From: Gemmatimonadota bacterium
GTDB lineage: Bacteria; Latescibacterota; UBA2968; UBA8231
Reading direction: 5' to 3'
DNA length: 64,000 nt
Assembly: GCA_038153405.1 (NCBI GenBank)
Contig: JAYOYH010000003.1
Span: 107,258 to 171,257, forward strand
The position numbers and the translations under genes were made by a program. Position 1 is the first letter of the stretch; each line of letters begins with the position of its first letter. This document shows, in pieces, positions 9,468 to 18,320 of the stretch. Below the pieces are notes generated by a model. That model saw only the letters and a list, made by a program, of their open reading frames with translations. It ran no database searches and was not told the DNA's origin.

Positions 9468-12098
9468 CTACTGCTGCAAACCGGCGAAGACGCGGATGAA
9501 AACAATCGAGTTCGTCTCCGTTGCTTCTGCAAAAGCGCGCCGCTCCCAACGGAAACCGGTATTCATTGTCAGCGAGTAGCCTAAGTATGCCGACTGATTC
9601 GACAATTGGAACGCCAACACAGTACCGGTAAAATCGTCGACGTAGCCCGGAGGCAGGATCTCGGGACGCTCTTCCAGGTTGCGGAAAAGGTTCCATTCGA
9701 CACCGTATTCCAAGAAGGTCGTCGGCAGGATATAGTACTTGGAGGTCAGCATGTAAAACTGCGACCACTCCGAAATATCCAATTCCGTGCTGAAGGTCGG
9801 ATTGATTTTGCGGTAGATGCTCTTCCAACGCGGCCAGAACGAAAGATTGTCGGTAATCGGCAAGGGATAGTCGACCTTGTTGATTACGCCGAGAAAAAGG
9901 CGATCGCTTTTCGCCTCGGCTTCGTCACCGCGCTGCTTAAAGAAGTCGTATTTGACCTTGTTGTATACGTTGAGATTCTTCAGGCGCAAATAATCCAAGG
10001 TCAAATAGCCGGTATAAACAAAGGTGTCCTGCGTAATAAGGGGATCGACCACTTCGGTAAATCCATCCGGATCGACCCACTGAATCACATCGTCGGCAAT
10101 ATCGTCCTGGACGGAACGCACATATTGGAAAACGCGGGCGTCGATACCGGGCCAATTCCATCGCCCGGTGGCGATGGCGTAATTCATAGCGGCCGTGCGC
10201 TTGCTGCTGATCTCGTCCATGGCCGAACGGCCGACGGTCAGCTTGACGTGTTCGTTGAGAAATGCGCCGCCGTAGACGTTGTACCCATCGCGATCCTGTC
10301 GGTAGGGATAGTCAGCATAAACGTCGTTTTCAAAGCGGTCGATGACGTTGTTGTTGTTCATATCAACGCCAAAGAGGAACTCGGGTGGATCGACGTTATA
10401 GCGCAGAAACGGCTCGGCAAAATCGGGCAGGCCGTTAGAGTTCTGGTTAAAGTCAGAAATAAAGTCCGAGTTCTCATCGTATCCGGGAAAGACCTGAGGA
10501 TCGGCTTGTCCACCGATGCCAAAGGGCGATTCACCGAAGGCAAAGTCGCCATTCTGCCACAGGCGCTTCCAGTCGGGAAAGCGATCCTGGTCATCGTTAT
10601 CGTCGACCGCTTCAAACGTGTAGCGATCCGGCTGCTCGTAGTCGACAAAGCCGCGGGCATCCGTTATAAAGGCATTGGTTCGATATTCGGGCTCCATGCG
10701 GTAGAGTTCGCCGTAGGCAAACCAAGGATAAGCATCCTGTGAAGCGGTCAGGTAGTAGGCCATGCCCTCGTCTTCAGCCAGTTCGTGCTCCTGAAAGTTC
10801 TGGTTTGGAAAGCGGCGATAGTCGCGGCTCATCGCCACTTCCGAGCGCAGATTAAACCCTTTTACATCGTCAATATCGAAACTGAGACCGATGATGTCCT
10901 TGCCGGTAGGCAAGCCGTACTCAAAGCGGATAAAGCGCTGGTTCGAGCCGTCGCTGACGTTGCCGTGAGCGCGTTCGACCATCAGGAAAACCGGTTCGCC
11001 CTGACTGTTGACCTGCAAGTTGGAGGTAATATCGATGCGGTAGTCGTTGGCAATAACCAGTTCGAATTCGATTTTCTGAATTTCCTGGAACGTGGTTATC
11101 TGATCATCGGGCTGCTGGCGGAAGTCGCGCGAAATATTGTACGTGAGTTCAAGCGTCTCGGCGCCGTCTGCTTCAATAACCCCGGCACGGCGGACCCCGC
11201 CGCGCGGCGAAGGAACGATTTCGGGGTGATCAACGCCGTTGATAATAATGCGCTCGGCAAAAAGCTGGGCACCGCCGTCGCCGTCCTCAGGAGAGTCGTC
11301 GGAAAGGCGCAAGACGATGGTCTCTACGTTACCGCCGTTCTGCGCCTCGGTCAGCACGCCCTTCAGCGAGTTGTCCCCCAATTTACGCCCCGTTGCAAAG
11401 TTCGATACGTTGAGGTAGGTCAGGCCAAGGTTAGAGAAATCGCCCAACTGAACTTTGGAATGGATGCCGAAGAGGTTGGTCATATCGCCGAGAATTTGCC
11501 CCGTTGAATTCTCAAACTGAATCCGCGTGCCCGGCGATGCAAGCCGCGAGGCGATGATCGTCGTCTGGTATTTGTCTGAGGCGAAATCCCACTGCAAGCC
11601 GTTAAAGGCCGGCTTGGAAAAGGTCAGCGGAGTAAGGGTCGAGCGAATGGCTTCGCCAATGGTCATCGACGAGTAGAACTGTCCTTTGGACATCGAGGAA
11701 ACGACCATATTGCTAAACCAAGAGGAGTACTTGGGCCCCTTGCGCACAATACTGCCCGACGTCGTCGGACTATCGATCGTCCAGTCAAAAATCTCAAAGC
11801 CACGCGTTATATAGTTGCCGTACATGTCGTAGGTGCGAAAGCCTTCCAGTTCGGTCGACACGTAGCGCTCGTAATTTTCGCGGGCGTAGTTGCTGTATTC
11901 TTCACCGGTCCAGCGATAGAAGTTGTACAGGCTCTGGGGATATTGCCACTTTCTCACCGACGGCGTCATCGCCATATCGTAGACATCCACACCATGTGGC
12001 TCTCGCCCTGTGACGAAGCCGAGGCGCTGTGCGTATACGCTGTCGCCCAACAGGACGACACCGATAACGGCAACGTAAAAAGCGCGTAACAAACACCT
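9468..12098 (-). CDS. large uncharacterised outer-membrane-like (beta-rich) protein
   Basis: About 877 aa from GTG 12098 (GGGAGGG RBS). Signal-like VRCLLRAFYVAVIGVVLLGDSVYAQ. Rich in Y/F/W/N/G with alternating hydrophobic patterns. No recognisable enzymatic motif. The track start at 12185 would overlap the upstream gene. Confidence 0.4.
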   Translation of the reverse strand, partial: RCLLRAFYVAVIGVVLLGDSVYAQRLGFVTGREPHGVDVYDMAMTPSVRKWQYPQSLYNFYRWTGEEYSNYARENYERYVSTELEGFRTYDMYGNYITRGFEIFDWTIDSPTTSGSIVRKGPKYSSWFSNMVVSSMSKGQFYSSMTIGEAIRSTLTPLTFSKPAFNGLQWDFASDKYQTTIIASRLASPGTRIQFENSTGQILGDMTNLFGIHSKVQLGDFSNLGLTYLNVSNFATGRKLGDNSLKGVLTEAQNGGNVETIVLRLSDDSPEDGDGGAQLFAERIIINGVDHPEIVPSPRGGVRRAGVIEADGAETLELTYNISRDFRQQPDDQITTFQEIQKIEFELVIANDYRIDITSNLQVNSQGEPVFLMVERAHGNVSDGSNQRFIRFEYGLPTGKDIIGLSFDIDDVKGFNLRSEVAMSRDYRRFPNQNFQEHELAEDEGMAYYLTASQDAYPWFAYGELYRMEPEYRTNAFITDARGFVDYEQPDRYTFEAVDDNDDQDRFPDWKRLWQNGDFAFGESPFGIGGQADPQVFPGYDENSDFISDFNQNSNGLPDFAEPFLRYNVDPPEFLFGVDMNNNNVIDRFENDVYADYPYRQDRDGYNVYGGAFLNEHVKLTVGRSAMDEISSKRTAAMNYAIATGRWNWPGIDARVFQYVRSVQDDIADDVIQWVDPDGFTEVVDPLITQDTFVYTGYLTLDYLRLKNLNVYNKVKYDFFKQRGDEAEAKSDRLFLGVINKVDYPLPITDNLSFWPRWKSIYRKINPTFSTELDISEWSQFYMLTSKYYILPTTFLEYGVEWNLFRNLEERPEILPPGYVDDFTGTVLAFQLSNQSAYLGYSLTMNTGFRWERRAFAEATETNSIVFIRVFAGLQQ

Positions 12099-12150
12099 CA
12101 CGATGGGACCCTCCCTCTTTATGGATCGTTTATCTTTCAAGAGCACTTCA

Positions 12151-14121
12151 TCAGTAAGCCACGGCGATGGTGCCCATGCGCACAAAATCGCCTATGCCGC
12201 TCTGAACCTCCAACACGACCAGATAATTGCCCGGGGGAACCGCTTCGCCCGCTCCATTTTTCCCATCCCAGGACTCCGTATAGATTCCGCCTACCTGATC
12301 GCGATCAACTAATGTGCGAATGAGCCTGCCCGCCAAGTCGTATATGGCCACTTTGATCGGCTTGGGCTCCGAGATCTGGATCACCGTGTACTCGATATCG
12401 ATTGCATCGTTTACGCCGTCGCCATTGGGCGTAAATACAGGCGGATCAAACGCAACGCCGCGCACAATCTCGCCCACCGATTCTTGGGTAAGCGCCACGC
12501 GCAGAGAGTTCGTAGATACGTCGAAATTGGCATCGCCTTCGAGCACGGGCTGGCCGAGAATATCCGATTGGGTATCCCATACCGTGCCGGTGAAAATGGT
12601 GCCAAATACCACGGCAGACCCGCGGAACAGCACGCGCAGGGGCACGTTGTTGTCGAAGTCTATGCGATTTTGCGTAAAAATCACTTCGAGACCGTCTTCT
12701 GCAGCGGTAACCCGATCCGGCTGTACTGTCTGCAAGGGGCTGCCCATTTGTAACTCGACGAATTCAGCCGGGGTGGGCGTATCGATGCGCAGTGCATCAA
12801 AGCCATTTTCCGATGGATCTAGTATCGTTGCGCGTATGTCGTAGGCGAACAACACCTCTTCTCCACCGTCTATACTCGGCAACACCACGGCATCGTCTTT
12901 ATCGATAACGCCAATATTAACCGGGGGATTCGGATCATCGGCTAGGGAAATCTCGCCGACGACAGCGGCGGCGGGCGGAATCGAATGCTCTATTACGAGC
13001 GAGTCGATGCGCGCAGTTTGTGCCACCGATTCACTTTCCATCACGATTTGCAGTTGGAAATACGGACGCGGACTGGGCAGCGGGATGCGCTGCCCCGACG
13101 TCAGCGGCAGCGACCAGGCGCTCCAATTTTCCGTATCCTCTTCAATGCTGCCCTTCTCGCCCGAAGGCAGCGAATTGTAGTCCGACTCGCTTACGACGAC
13201 CTGACTCACCGCGCGCGTATTCTCGTCAATAACGCGCTTGTAGTGGATGAGCGGACTGTCATCGAGACCCGTTTTCATGCGGATGGCGACCGACGTAGCA
13301 CCGCCATCGGCGACCTCGATCAGCTGGCCGTCGATCAGTTCAAGGGTGCGCGTTGCCCACGAAATGGCTCCGTAGTTTGATACGCTGCCCAAATTGACGA
13401 CGTTGCTGACGTAGGTCGCACGCGGGACGAATCCGTTGCCGTAGAGCTCGAATTCGGCCAGTTCAAATGGGTTGCGCGACCCCACGCGCAGGCGGATAAA
13501 GCGTATGAACTGCTGGGGGAACTTCATAGCGAAGACGCTGTTGGGATTGACCGGAATATCGCGCAGCAGCGAAAAGAGCGGCTGTTCGTTAACGTAGGAC
13601 ACTCCGTCGCTGACGAAGACCGTATGCTTGCGCACGAAATCCTCGGCATAGGGACGCCCGTTGGCCGTCGTCCCCTCCTGGCGAGGATAGAAGCGCAAAC
13701 TGTCGGCCGGCACGCGCGAGCCCAAATCAAAGACAAATGCGCGACCGTCTTGGTCAACGCCGGCGCGCTTAAAAAGATCCTCGGTAGACGTCAACCCATC
13801 GCCGTCGACAATGCGCAGCGCGTCGGAGCTTTGAAAGGCGGTATTATCCCACAGCGCCGCATCGCCTTCGCTCACGACGTCGTTGGGCTTTCCATAGCTC
13901 CATTTGAGCGTCGCGATGATGTTTTCATCGGGAGTAAAACCGCGAATCTGGATCGAACCGGGATTCGACCGATCGTCAACTTGCGCCCGCACCTGAACGA
14001 TATCGCCCCACCGGATGCCGCTACTACCCCCCAATATCCACTGGTCTGCCCGCGCCGATGCCGTTACCAGCATCGCACCCAACCCCGCCAGAAGCGCCAA
14101 GCGATAGGTTGAAAAGCCCAT
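12151..14121 (-). CDS. secreted discoidin-like surface protein with T9SS-type (FlgD-Ig-like) C-terminal sorting domain
   Basis: 656 aa. Signal peptide MGFSTYRLALLAGLGAMLVTASARA. C-terminal tail KVAIYDLAGRLIRTL...WDGKNGAGEAVPPGNYLVVLEV. Paralogous to the partial ORF 1..1402. Confidence 0.65.
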   Translation of the reverse strand: MGFSTYRLALLAGLGAMLVTASARADQWILGGSSGIRWGDIVQVRAQVDDRSNPGSIQIRGFTPDENIIATLKWSYGKPNDVVSEGDAALWDNTAFQSSDALRIVDGDGLTSTEDLFKRAGVDQDGRAFVFDLGSRVPADSLRFYPRQEGTTANGRPYAEDFVRKHTVFVSDGVSYVNEQPLFSLLRDIPVNPNSVFAMKFPQQFIRFIRLRVGSRNPFELAEFELYGNGFVPRATYVSNVVNLGSVSNYGAISWATRTLELIDGQLIEVADGGATSVAIRMKTGLDDSPLIHYKRVIDENTRAVSQVVVSESDYNSLPSGEKGSIEEDTENWSAWSLPLTSGQRIPLPSPRPYFQLQIVMESESVAQTARIDSLVIEHSIPPAAAVVGEISLADDPNPPVNIGVIDKDDAVVLPSIDGGEEVLFAYDIRATILDPSENGFDALRIDTPTPAEFVELQMGSPLQTVQPDRVTAAEDGLEVIFTQNRIDFDNNVPLRVLFRGSAVVFGTIFTGTVWDTQSDILGQPVLEGDANFDVSTNSLRVALTQESVGEIVRGVAFDPPVFTPNGDGVNDAIDIEYTVIQISEPKPIKVAIYDLAGRLIRTLVDRDQVGGIYTESWDGKNGAGEAVPPGNYLVVLEVQSGIGDFVRMGTIAVAY

Positions 14122-14870
14122 TACTGAACCGCCTCGCGCGGTTGCAGCGCCATATATATCTCGCGGTCAAATTTGTATTCGAGATCGATTGTTTCGACGG
14201 GCTCACCCTTATAGTCAAAGCGAATCGCCACGTCGGATACCCGCACGGAAAAGGCCCCAACGTCGTTGTGCAGTGTGGGAAAGACGATGTAGCCGGACGT
14301 CTCTTGACCGCTAAACACCATGTCGGGCGGATAGACGGTGCGCATTAATTGGTCGGTAATCGCCTCGTAGGCGCGGCGCTGCGTCCCTGCATAGGCACGC
14401 AAATAGGGGCTGAAATAATCTTCGAGTAGGCCTTGGTCCAGCACTTCGTATACGCGATCATTGGCCGAGGTAATTACGAGCGCATCGGGATCCAAGAAAA
14501 CCTTGGGATACTCGTAGTTCTTGACTTTCAGGAGCACGACGGTAAAGCGCTGCGGGGTCCAATCCTGCCCCCACGGCTTCCAATCGCCATAAGTATAGGG
14601 ATTGGTCGACTCTGCCCCGCGGTTCGAAGCCGATGCAAATTGGCGATTGAGAAAGTCGTCCCGGAGCACCTGTAGAGAAATTTCCAATCGATCTTTGGTG
14701 TAGACGATGGTTCCATCGTCGAGCACCGCCATACCTTCGTTTTGCGTCGATGCAGGCTCAGGCGCTGTCGCAAAGCGGCGCTGGCCAACCTGAGACACAC
14801 ACCCCGTCAACGCGGCAGCCCAAGCGGCGATCAAGACCATATTGCAAACGATTTTCCGCACGTTCATGGA
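14121..14870 (-). CDS. hypothetical lipoprotein
   Basis: ATG at 14870 gives MNVRKIVCNMVLIAAWAAALTGCVSQ (lipobox). Its TAA stop overlaps the ATG of the downstream gene (TAATG). Confidence 0.5.
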   Translation of the reverse strand, partial: SMNVRKIVCNMVLIAAWAAALTGCVSQVGQRRFATAPEPASTQNEGMAVLDDGTIVYTKDRLEISLQVLRDDFLNRQFASASNRGAESTNPYTYGDWKPWGQDWTPQRFTVVLLKVKNYEYPKVFLDPDALVITSANDRVYEVLDQGLLEDYFSPYLRAYAGTQRRAYEAITDQLMRTVYPPDMVFSGQETSGYIVFPTLHNDVGAFSVRVSDVAIRFDYKGEPVETIDLEYKFDREIYMALQPREAVQ

Positions 14871-14971
14871 AAAAAGCCTTCCTTTTAGTCCCAAGCCCCA
14901 CCGTTGCGCTCGGAGCATCTGGAAATTTCTCAGTCTGAATACAGTGGAGATAAACAGCAGCGATAGATAAA

Positions 14972-15004
14972 GAGAGATGAGGTCGCCCCCATCTCTCTTT
15001 ATCC
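14972..15004 (-). terminator. hairpin AAAGAGAGATG-N11-CATCTCTCTTT downstream of 15062..15964
   Basis: 11-bp perfect arms, followed on the minus strand by a T-containing stretch (ATCTATCG). A weak terminator or attenuator ahead of the long surface operon. Confidence 0.35.
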
Positions 15005-15061
15005 ACACCCAAAGAGCCTATAGTGACATTGCTCTCAATACAGGCTTCAAGGTCTCAGACC

Positions 15062-15964
15062 TTAGTTGGCCATGCGAGCCTTGAGACGACCCCAGCTGTC
15101 GGCTTCGACAGCGGTGGAACCGCCGCCCGAACCGCCCGTAGCGCCTTCGGTCGGAACCGTAATGAAGTCGGATCCGTTGGAGTTGTCTTGGAACGCGCCG
15201 TTAACCGGCGTGGTACCCGGCTGCTTCTCGCGACCGGCTTCCGGATTCTCCGTCTCGTCAAACTGGAAGGTCAGACCAAAGATCTGATCCGGACCAAAGT
15301 TGTGGCGCTGGCTACCGGCAGGACCCGTTTTGTCGTGGAAAGTCCACGCGGCCTGCTTAACCTCGTAGGTATAGGTAACCGTGCTACCAGCCGGCTGGGT
15401 CAGCGGACGGGCATCCGGCGGATCCAGAGTCCAGCTGTAGATGAACCAGGGCTCCTCGGTCGACCACAGGATGCTCTCCTGCGGGACGTTGAAGATCCAG
15501 GTATCCTTCTGACCGGCAGCCGGCAGAATGCGAACGCCATACTGCTGACCAGAGGTCATCTCGGTCTCGTTGAAGTTTTCGCTCGAGTGATCCGGGTCGA
15601 CGATGATTTCCAGCGAGTCATCGTTCCAGTACTCCTGCGGGTTCTCGACGAAGAGACCCAGCGAGTCGTCCGTCACGCGGGCGAAATAGTACAGCGAGTT
15701 GTCCGGAGCAGAGCTCCAAGCGACGTACAGGACGCAGTCCCAGTCGTCTTTGGCCGGCGGCCATTCGCTACCCAGAATCTCGAACATCGTGTCCGGGGTA
15801 ATCGCAAAAGCCGGGTCGATCCAACCCCAGTCATCGTCGTTGCCGTCGATAACCATGGCATCGGGATTGGGAACCTGCGGCATGAAGTAAGAAGCCTGGT
15901 GAGCAAAAGCCACCGAAGTCGTCAACATCGCGCCCATGGCGAGAGCGATACCGAGTTTCTTCAT
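15062..15964 (-). CDS. secreted protein, possibly CBM9/DOMON-like carbohydrate-binding domain
   Basis: ATG 15964 with GGAGGT RBS. Signal peptide MKKLGIALAMGAMLTTSVAFA. Motif VIDGNDDDWGW...LYYFARVTDD resembles CBM9-type modules; the family call is tentative. Confidence 0.4.
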   Translation of the reverse strand: MKKLGIALAMGAMLTTSVAFAHQASYFMPQVPNPDAMVIDGNDDDWGWIDPAFAITPDTMFEILGSEWPPAKDDWDCVLYVAWSSAPDNSLYYFARVTDDSLGLFVENPQEYWNDDSLEIIVDPDHSSENFNETEMTSGQQYGVRILPAAGQKDTWIFNVPQESILWSTEEPWFIYSWTLDPPDARPLTQPAGSTVTYTYEVKQAAWTFHDKTGPAGSQRHNFGPDQIFGLTFQFDETENPEAGREKQPGTTPVNGAFQDNSNGSDFITVPTEGATGGSGGGSTAVEADSWGRLKARMAN

Positions 15965-16084
15965 CGCAAAACCTCCAATAGCTCGGAAATGGTTGAAAGC
16001 CCGGACGAACGGTCCGGGAGGGATTAGCATCGGGGAAAATCAATTCAAGAGCGTTTAGGTGAGCTACCTCCTTTTGTCTAAAAA

Positions 16085-16195
16085 CGGCTGGAGAATAAAG
16101 ACTCAACTCTGTTAGGCTGGAAAAATACCACGCGTTATAGGGTTAGTCAAGGCAATTGTAAAAAATTATTTAATTGAAATTTAACTCCTTTACGG
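16085..16195. promoter_or_regulatory. AT-rich divergent promoter region
   Basis: The sequence tgtaaaaaattatttaattgaaatttaac sits in GC-rich context between the divergent genes 15062..15964(-) and 16334..18277(+). A TTGACA hexamer lies at 16259. Confidence 0.4.
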
Positions 16196-16333
16196 GGCTT
16201 TTCTGCCGGTCTAATTCAGTCCCCTGCCTGCGATTTAGTCGACGGGACAGACGAGACATTGACAACGGACTCGTTGGAACCATTGATTAGGGCAGAGAAA
16301 ACCCTGCCCCCATCACGGGCACCTGCCTAAGGA

Positions 16334-18277
16334 ATGCGTTTGCCTGGCGCCCCCCACAAAAAACCCGGCGTTTCGTCCCGGGCACTGCTGATGGGTTCGG
16401 CCTGCTCCCTCATTATTGCAGCAGGCGAGCCGTATGGCGTTTTGGTGCTGAGCGGATCGCCAATGGCGGCCGACTTTTCCGCCGGGGCCGCTCTATTCCT
16501 GTTTTTCATTCTCGCCCTGTGTGTAAATCCGTTGGCTCAAGTACTGACAGGTAAGGCCCTCCGGCGAGGCGAATTGGCCACCATATACATTATGATGATT
16601 GTCGCCGCAGCCATTCCCTCCTGGGGGTTCACGATGAATCTGGTTCCCCTGTTGGGCGGATATTTCTACTACGCCACCCCGGAAAACGAGTGGGCCGCTA
16701 TCATTCAGCCTCACATACCCACCTGGCTGGTGCCCGACGACCATCACGCCATCTGGAAGTTGTTCGAAGGGGCGCGGCAGGGGGAAAGCATCCCATGGCA
16801 AACGTGGTTTGGCCCCCTCATGGCTTGGGGCCTATTCGCGGTGACTATCTATTTCGTAACGCTCTGCCTGCTGGTCGTTCTCCGCAAACAGTGGGTCGAA
16901 CGCGAACGACTCCTCTTCCCCTTGGCCACGCTGCCCCTTGAAATGTGCCAAACGGAAGAGGGCAAAAGGCTGGCGCCCTTCTTTCGCAGCCACCTCATGT
17001 GGATTGGCTTTGCCATTCCCGCCCTCATCAATTCACTTAACGCGCTGCACGCCTTTTACAGCTTCGTGCCCCGCATTGATCTGACCAATAACATTCTCAT
17101 CATGCGCAACTCGGTTAACCTGCTCTGCACGCCGCGCTTTGAGGTGATTGGGCTGTCGTACCTGCTCAGTCTCGACGTCTCGCTCGGCGTGTGGTTCTTT
17201 GCCTTTATCGCCCTGCTGCAAACGGGTATGCAGCGCATGTTGGGATGGAGCATTGGTCCAACCCAGCCCTTTTCTGACCCGGCTCCTCCCAGCGTCGCCC
17301 ACATGGCTTTGGGCGCCCTTTTCTTTCTGGTCGCATCGAGTTTTTGGCACAGTCGCTCGCATCTTAGAGACGTGGTGCGCAAGGCGTTCAAGGGGGACGA
17401 TGCCATCGACGACAGCGAAGAGTTGCTATCCTACCGAGCCGCCATTTGGGGCATTATAGTGGGCATCGGCCTCTGTATGGCATGGCTTTTGGCCGCCGGG
17501 ATGAACGCGCACTCGGCCTTCGTCTTTCTATTCAGCGCGCTTATCATCTTCGTCGGCCTAGCTCGCATCGTGTCGCAGACGGGGTTGGCCTACGGGCGCG
17601 CTACCGTAGCCGCGCCCATCTTCACGGTAAATGCATTGGGCACCGGCGCCATTGGACCGGCTGGACTGACCACGCTGGGCCTGAGCTTTGCGTGGGCTGC
17701 CGACATACGCACCTTTGTTATGGCACAGGCGGCAACCGGGCTCAAGCTAGCCGAAGTGACGCGCCTCGAACACCGCCGCCTGTTTTGGGCCATTTTGCTA
17801 GCAATCGCCACCACGCTGGTCGGATCGGCTTTCGCCGTCGTGCAAATCGCCTACGCCTACGGCGGTATTAATCTGACCGGATGGCAGTTTATCGGCCTGC
17901 CCGAGTTTTCTGGCAATTGGGTCACGCGCAACATCAATAATGCACAGCCGGTCGAACTCTGGCACCTCGGATTTACGGGGTTAGGCGCCCTTATCATGTC
18001 CGGGCTGACCTACGTAAAAGCGCGCTACGTGGGCTTTCCCATCCACCCGATCGGCATGACCCTTGGTCTTACCCACCCCGTCAACCACGTGTGGTTTTCG
18101 GTTTTCTTGGCCTGGCTTTTTAAAGCGGCCATCCTCAAATACGGCGGCGCAGTGCTCTACACTCGCCTGCGCCCGCTTTTTCTCGGCCTGGTCTTAGGCA
18201 CTTTTGGCTCTGCCGGTTTTTGGCTTATCGTCAGCGCGTTGACCGGCGTTAATGGCCTGGTCTTCACCCTCGGTTAG
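16334..18277 (+). CDS. polytopic integral membrane protein of unknown function
   Basis: 647 aa. Ten or more predicted TM helices (FLFFILALCVNPLAQVL, IYIMMIVAAAIPSWGF, LMAWGLFAVTIYFVTLCLLVVL and others). Start uncertain; ATGs at 16334, 16391 and 16463. Confidence 0.45.
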   Translation: MRLPGAPHKKPGVSSRALLMGSACSLIIAAGEPYGVLVLSGSPMAADFSAGAALFLFFILALCVNPLAQVLTGKALRRGELATIYIMMIVAAAIPSWGFTMNLVPLLGGYFYYATPENEWAAIIQPHIPTWLVPDDHHAIWKLFEGARQGESIPWQTWFGPLMAWGLFAVTIYFVTLCLLVVLRKQWVERERLLFPLATLPLEMCQTEEGKRLAPFFRSHLMWIGFAIPALINSLNALHAFYSFVPRIDLTNNILIMRNSVNLLCTPRFEVIGLSYLLSLDVSLGVWFFAFIALLQTGMQRMLGWSIGPTQPFSDPAPPSVAHMALGALFFLVASSFWHSRSHLRDVVRKAFKGDDAIDDSEELLSYRAAIWGIIVGIGLCMAWLLAAGMNAHSAFVFLFSALIIFVGLARIVSQTGLAYGRATVAAPIFTVNALGTGAIGPAGLTTLGLSFAWAADIRTFVMAQAATGLKLAEVTRLEHRRLFWAILLAIATTLVGSAFAVVQIAYAYGGINLTGWQFIGLPEFSGNWVTRNINNAQPVELWHLGFTGLGALIMSGLTYVKARYVGFPIHPIGMTLGLTHPVNHVWFSVFLAWLFKAAILKYGGAVLYTRLRPLFLGLVLGTFGSAGFWLIVSALTGVNGLVFTLG

Positions 18278-18320
18278 CCCAGCCAAGGCCTCATCGCCAC
18301 TGCTCTGCTGACGGATCTTA

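Noticed and set aside
9606-10742. 378-aa ORF on the plus strand
   Set aside because: Antisense to the 877-aa outer-membrane-like gene. The V/I/G/L-rich composition is typical of the reverse frame of a GC-rich gene. No RBS, and it overlaps the gene completely.
12314-14112. Several 60-176-aa plus-strand ORFs (12314..12844, 12985..13380, 13624..14112)
   Set aside because: All lie antisense within the 656-aa secreted protein gene and have low-complexity composition.
15023-16027. 334-aa plus-strand ORF
   Set aside because: Fully antisense to the secreted CBM9-like gene. R/V/G-rich shadow composition.
16288-16309. Small hairpin GGGCAG-N8-CTGCCC upstream of the membrane-protein gene
   Set aside because: Only 6-bp arms. 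Could be chance in GC-rich DNA.
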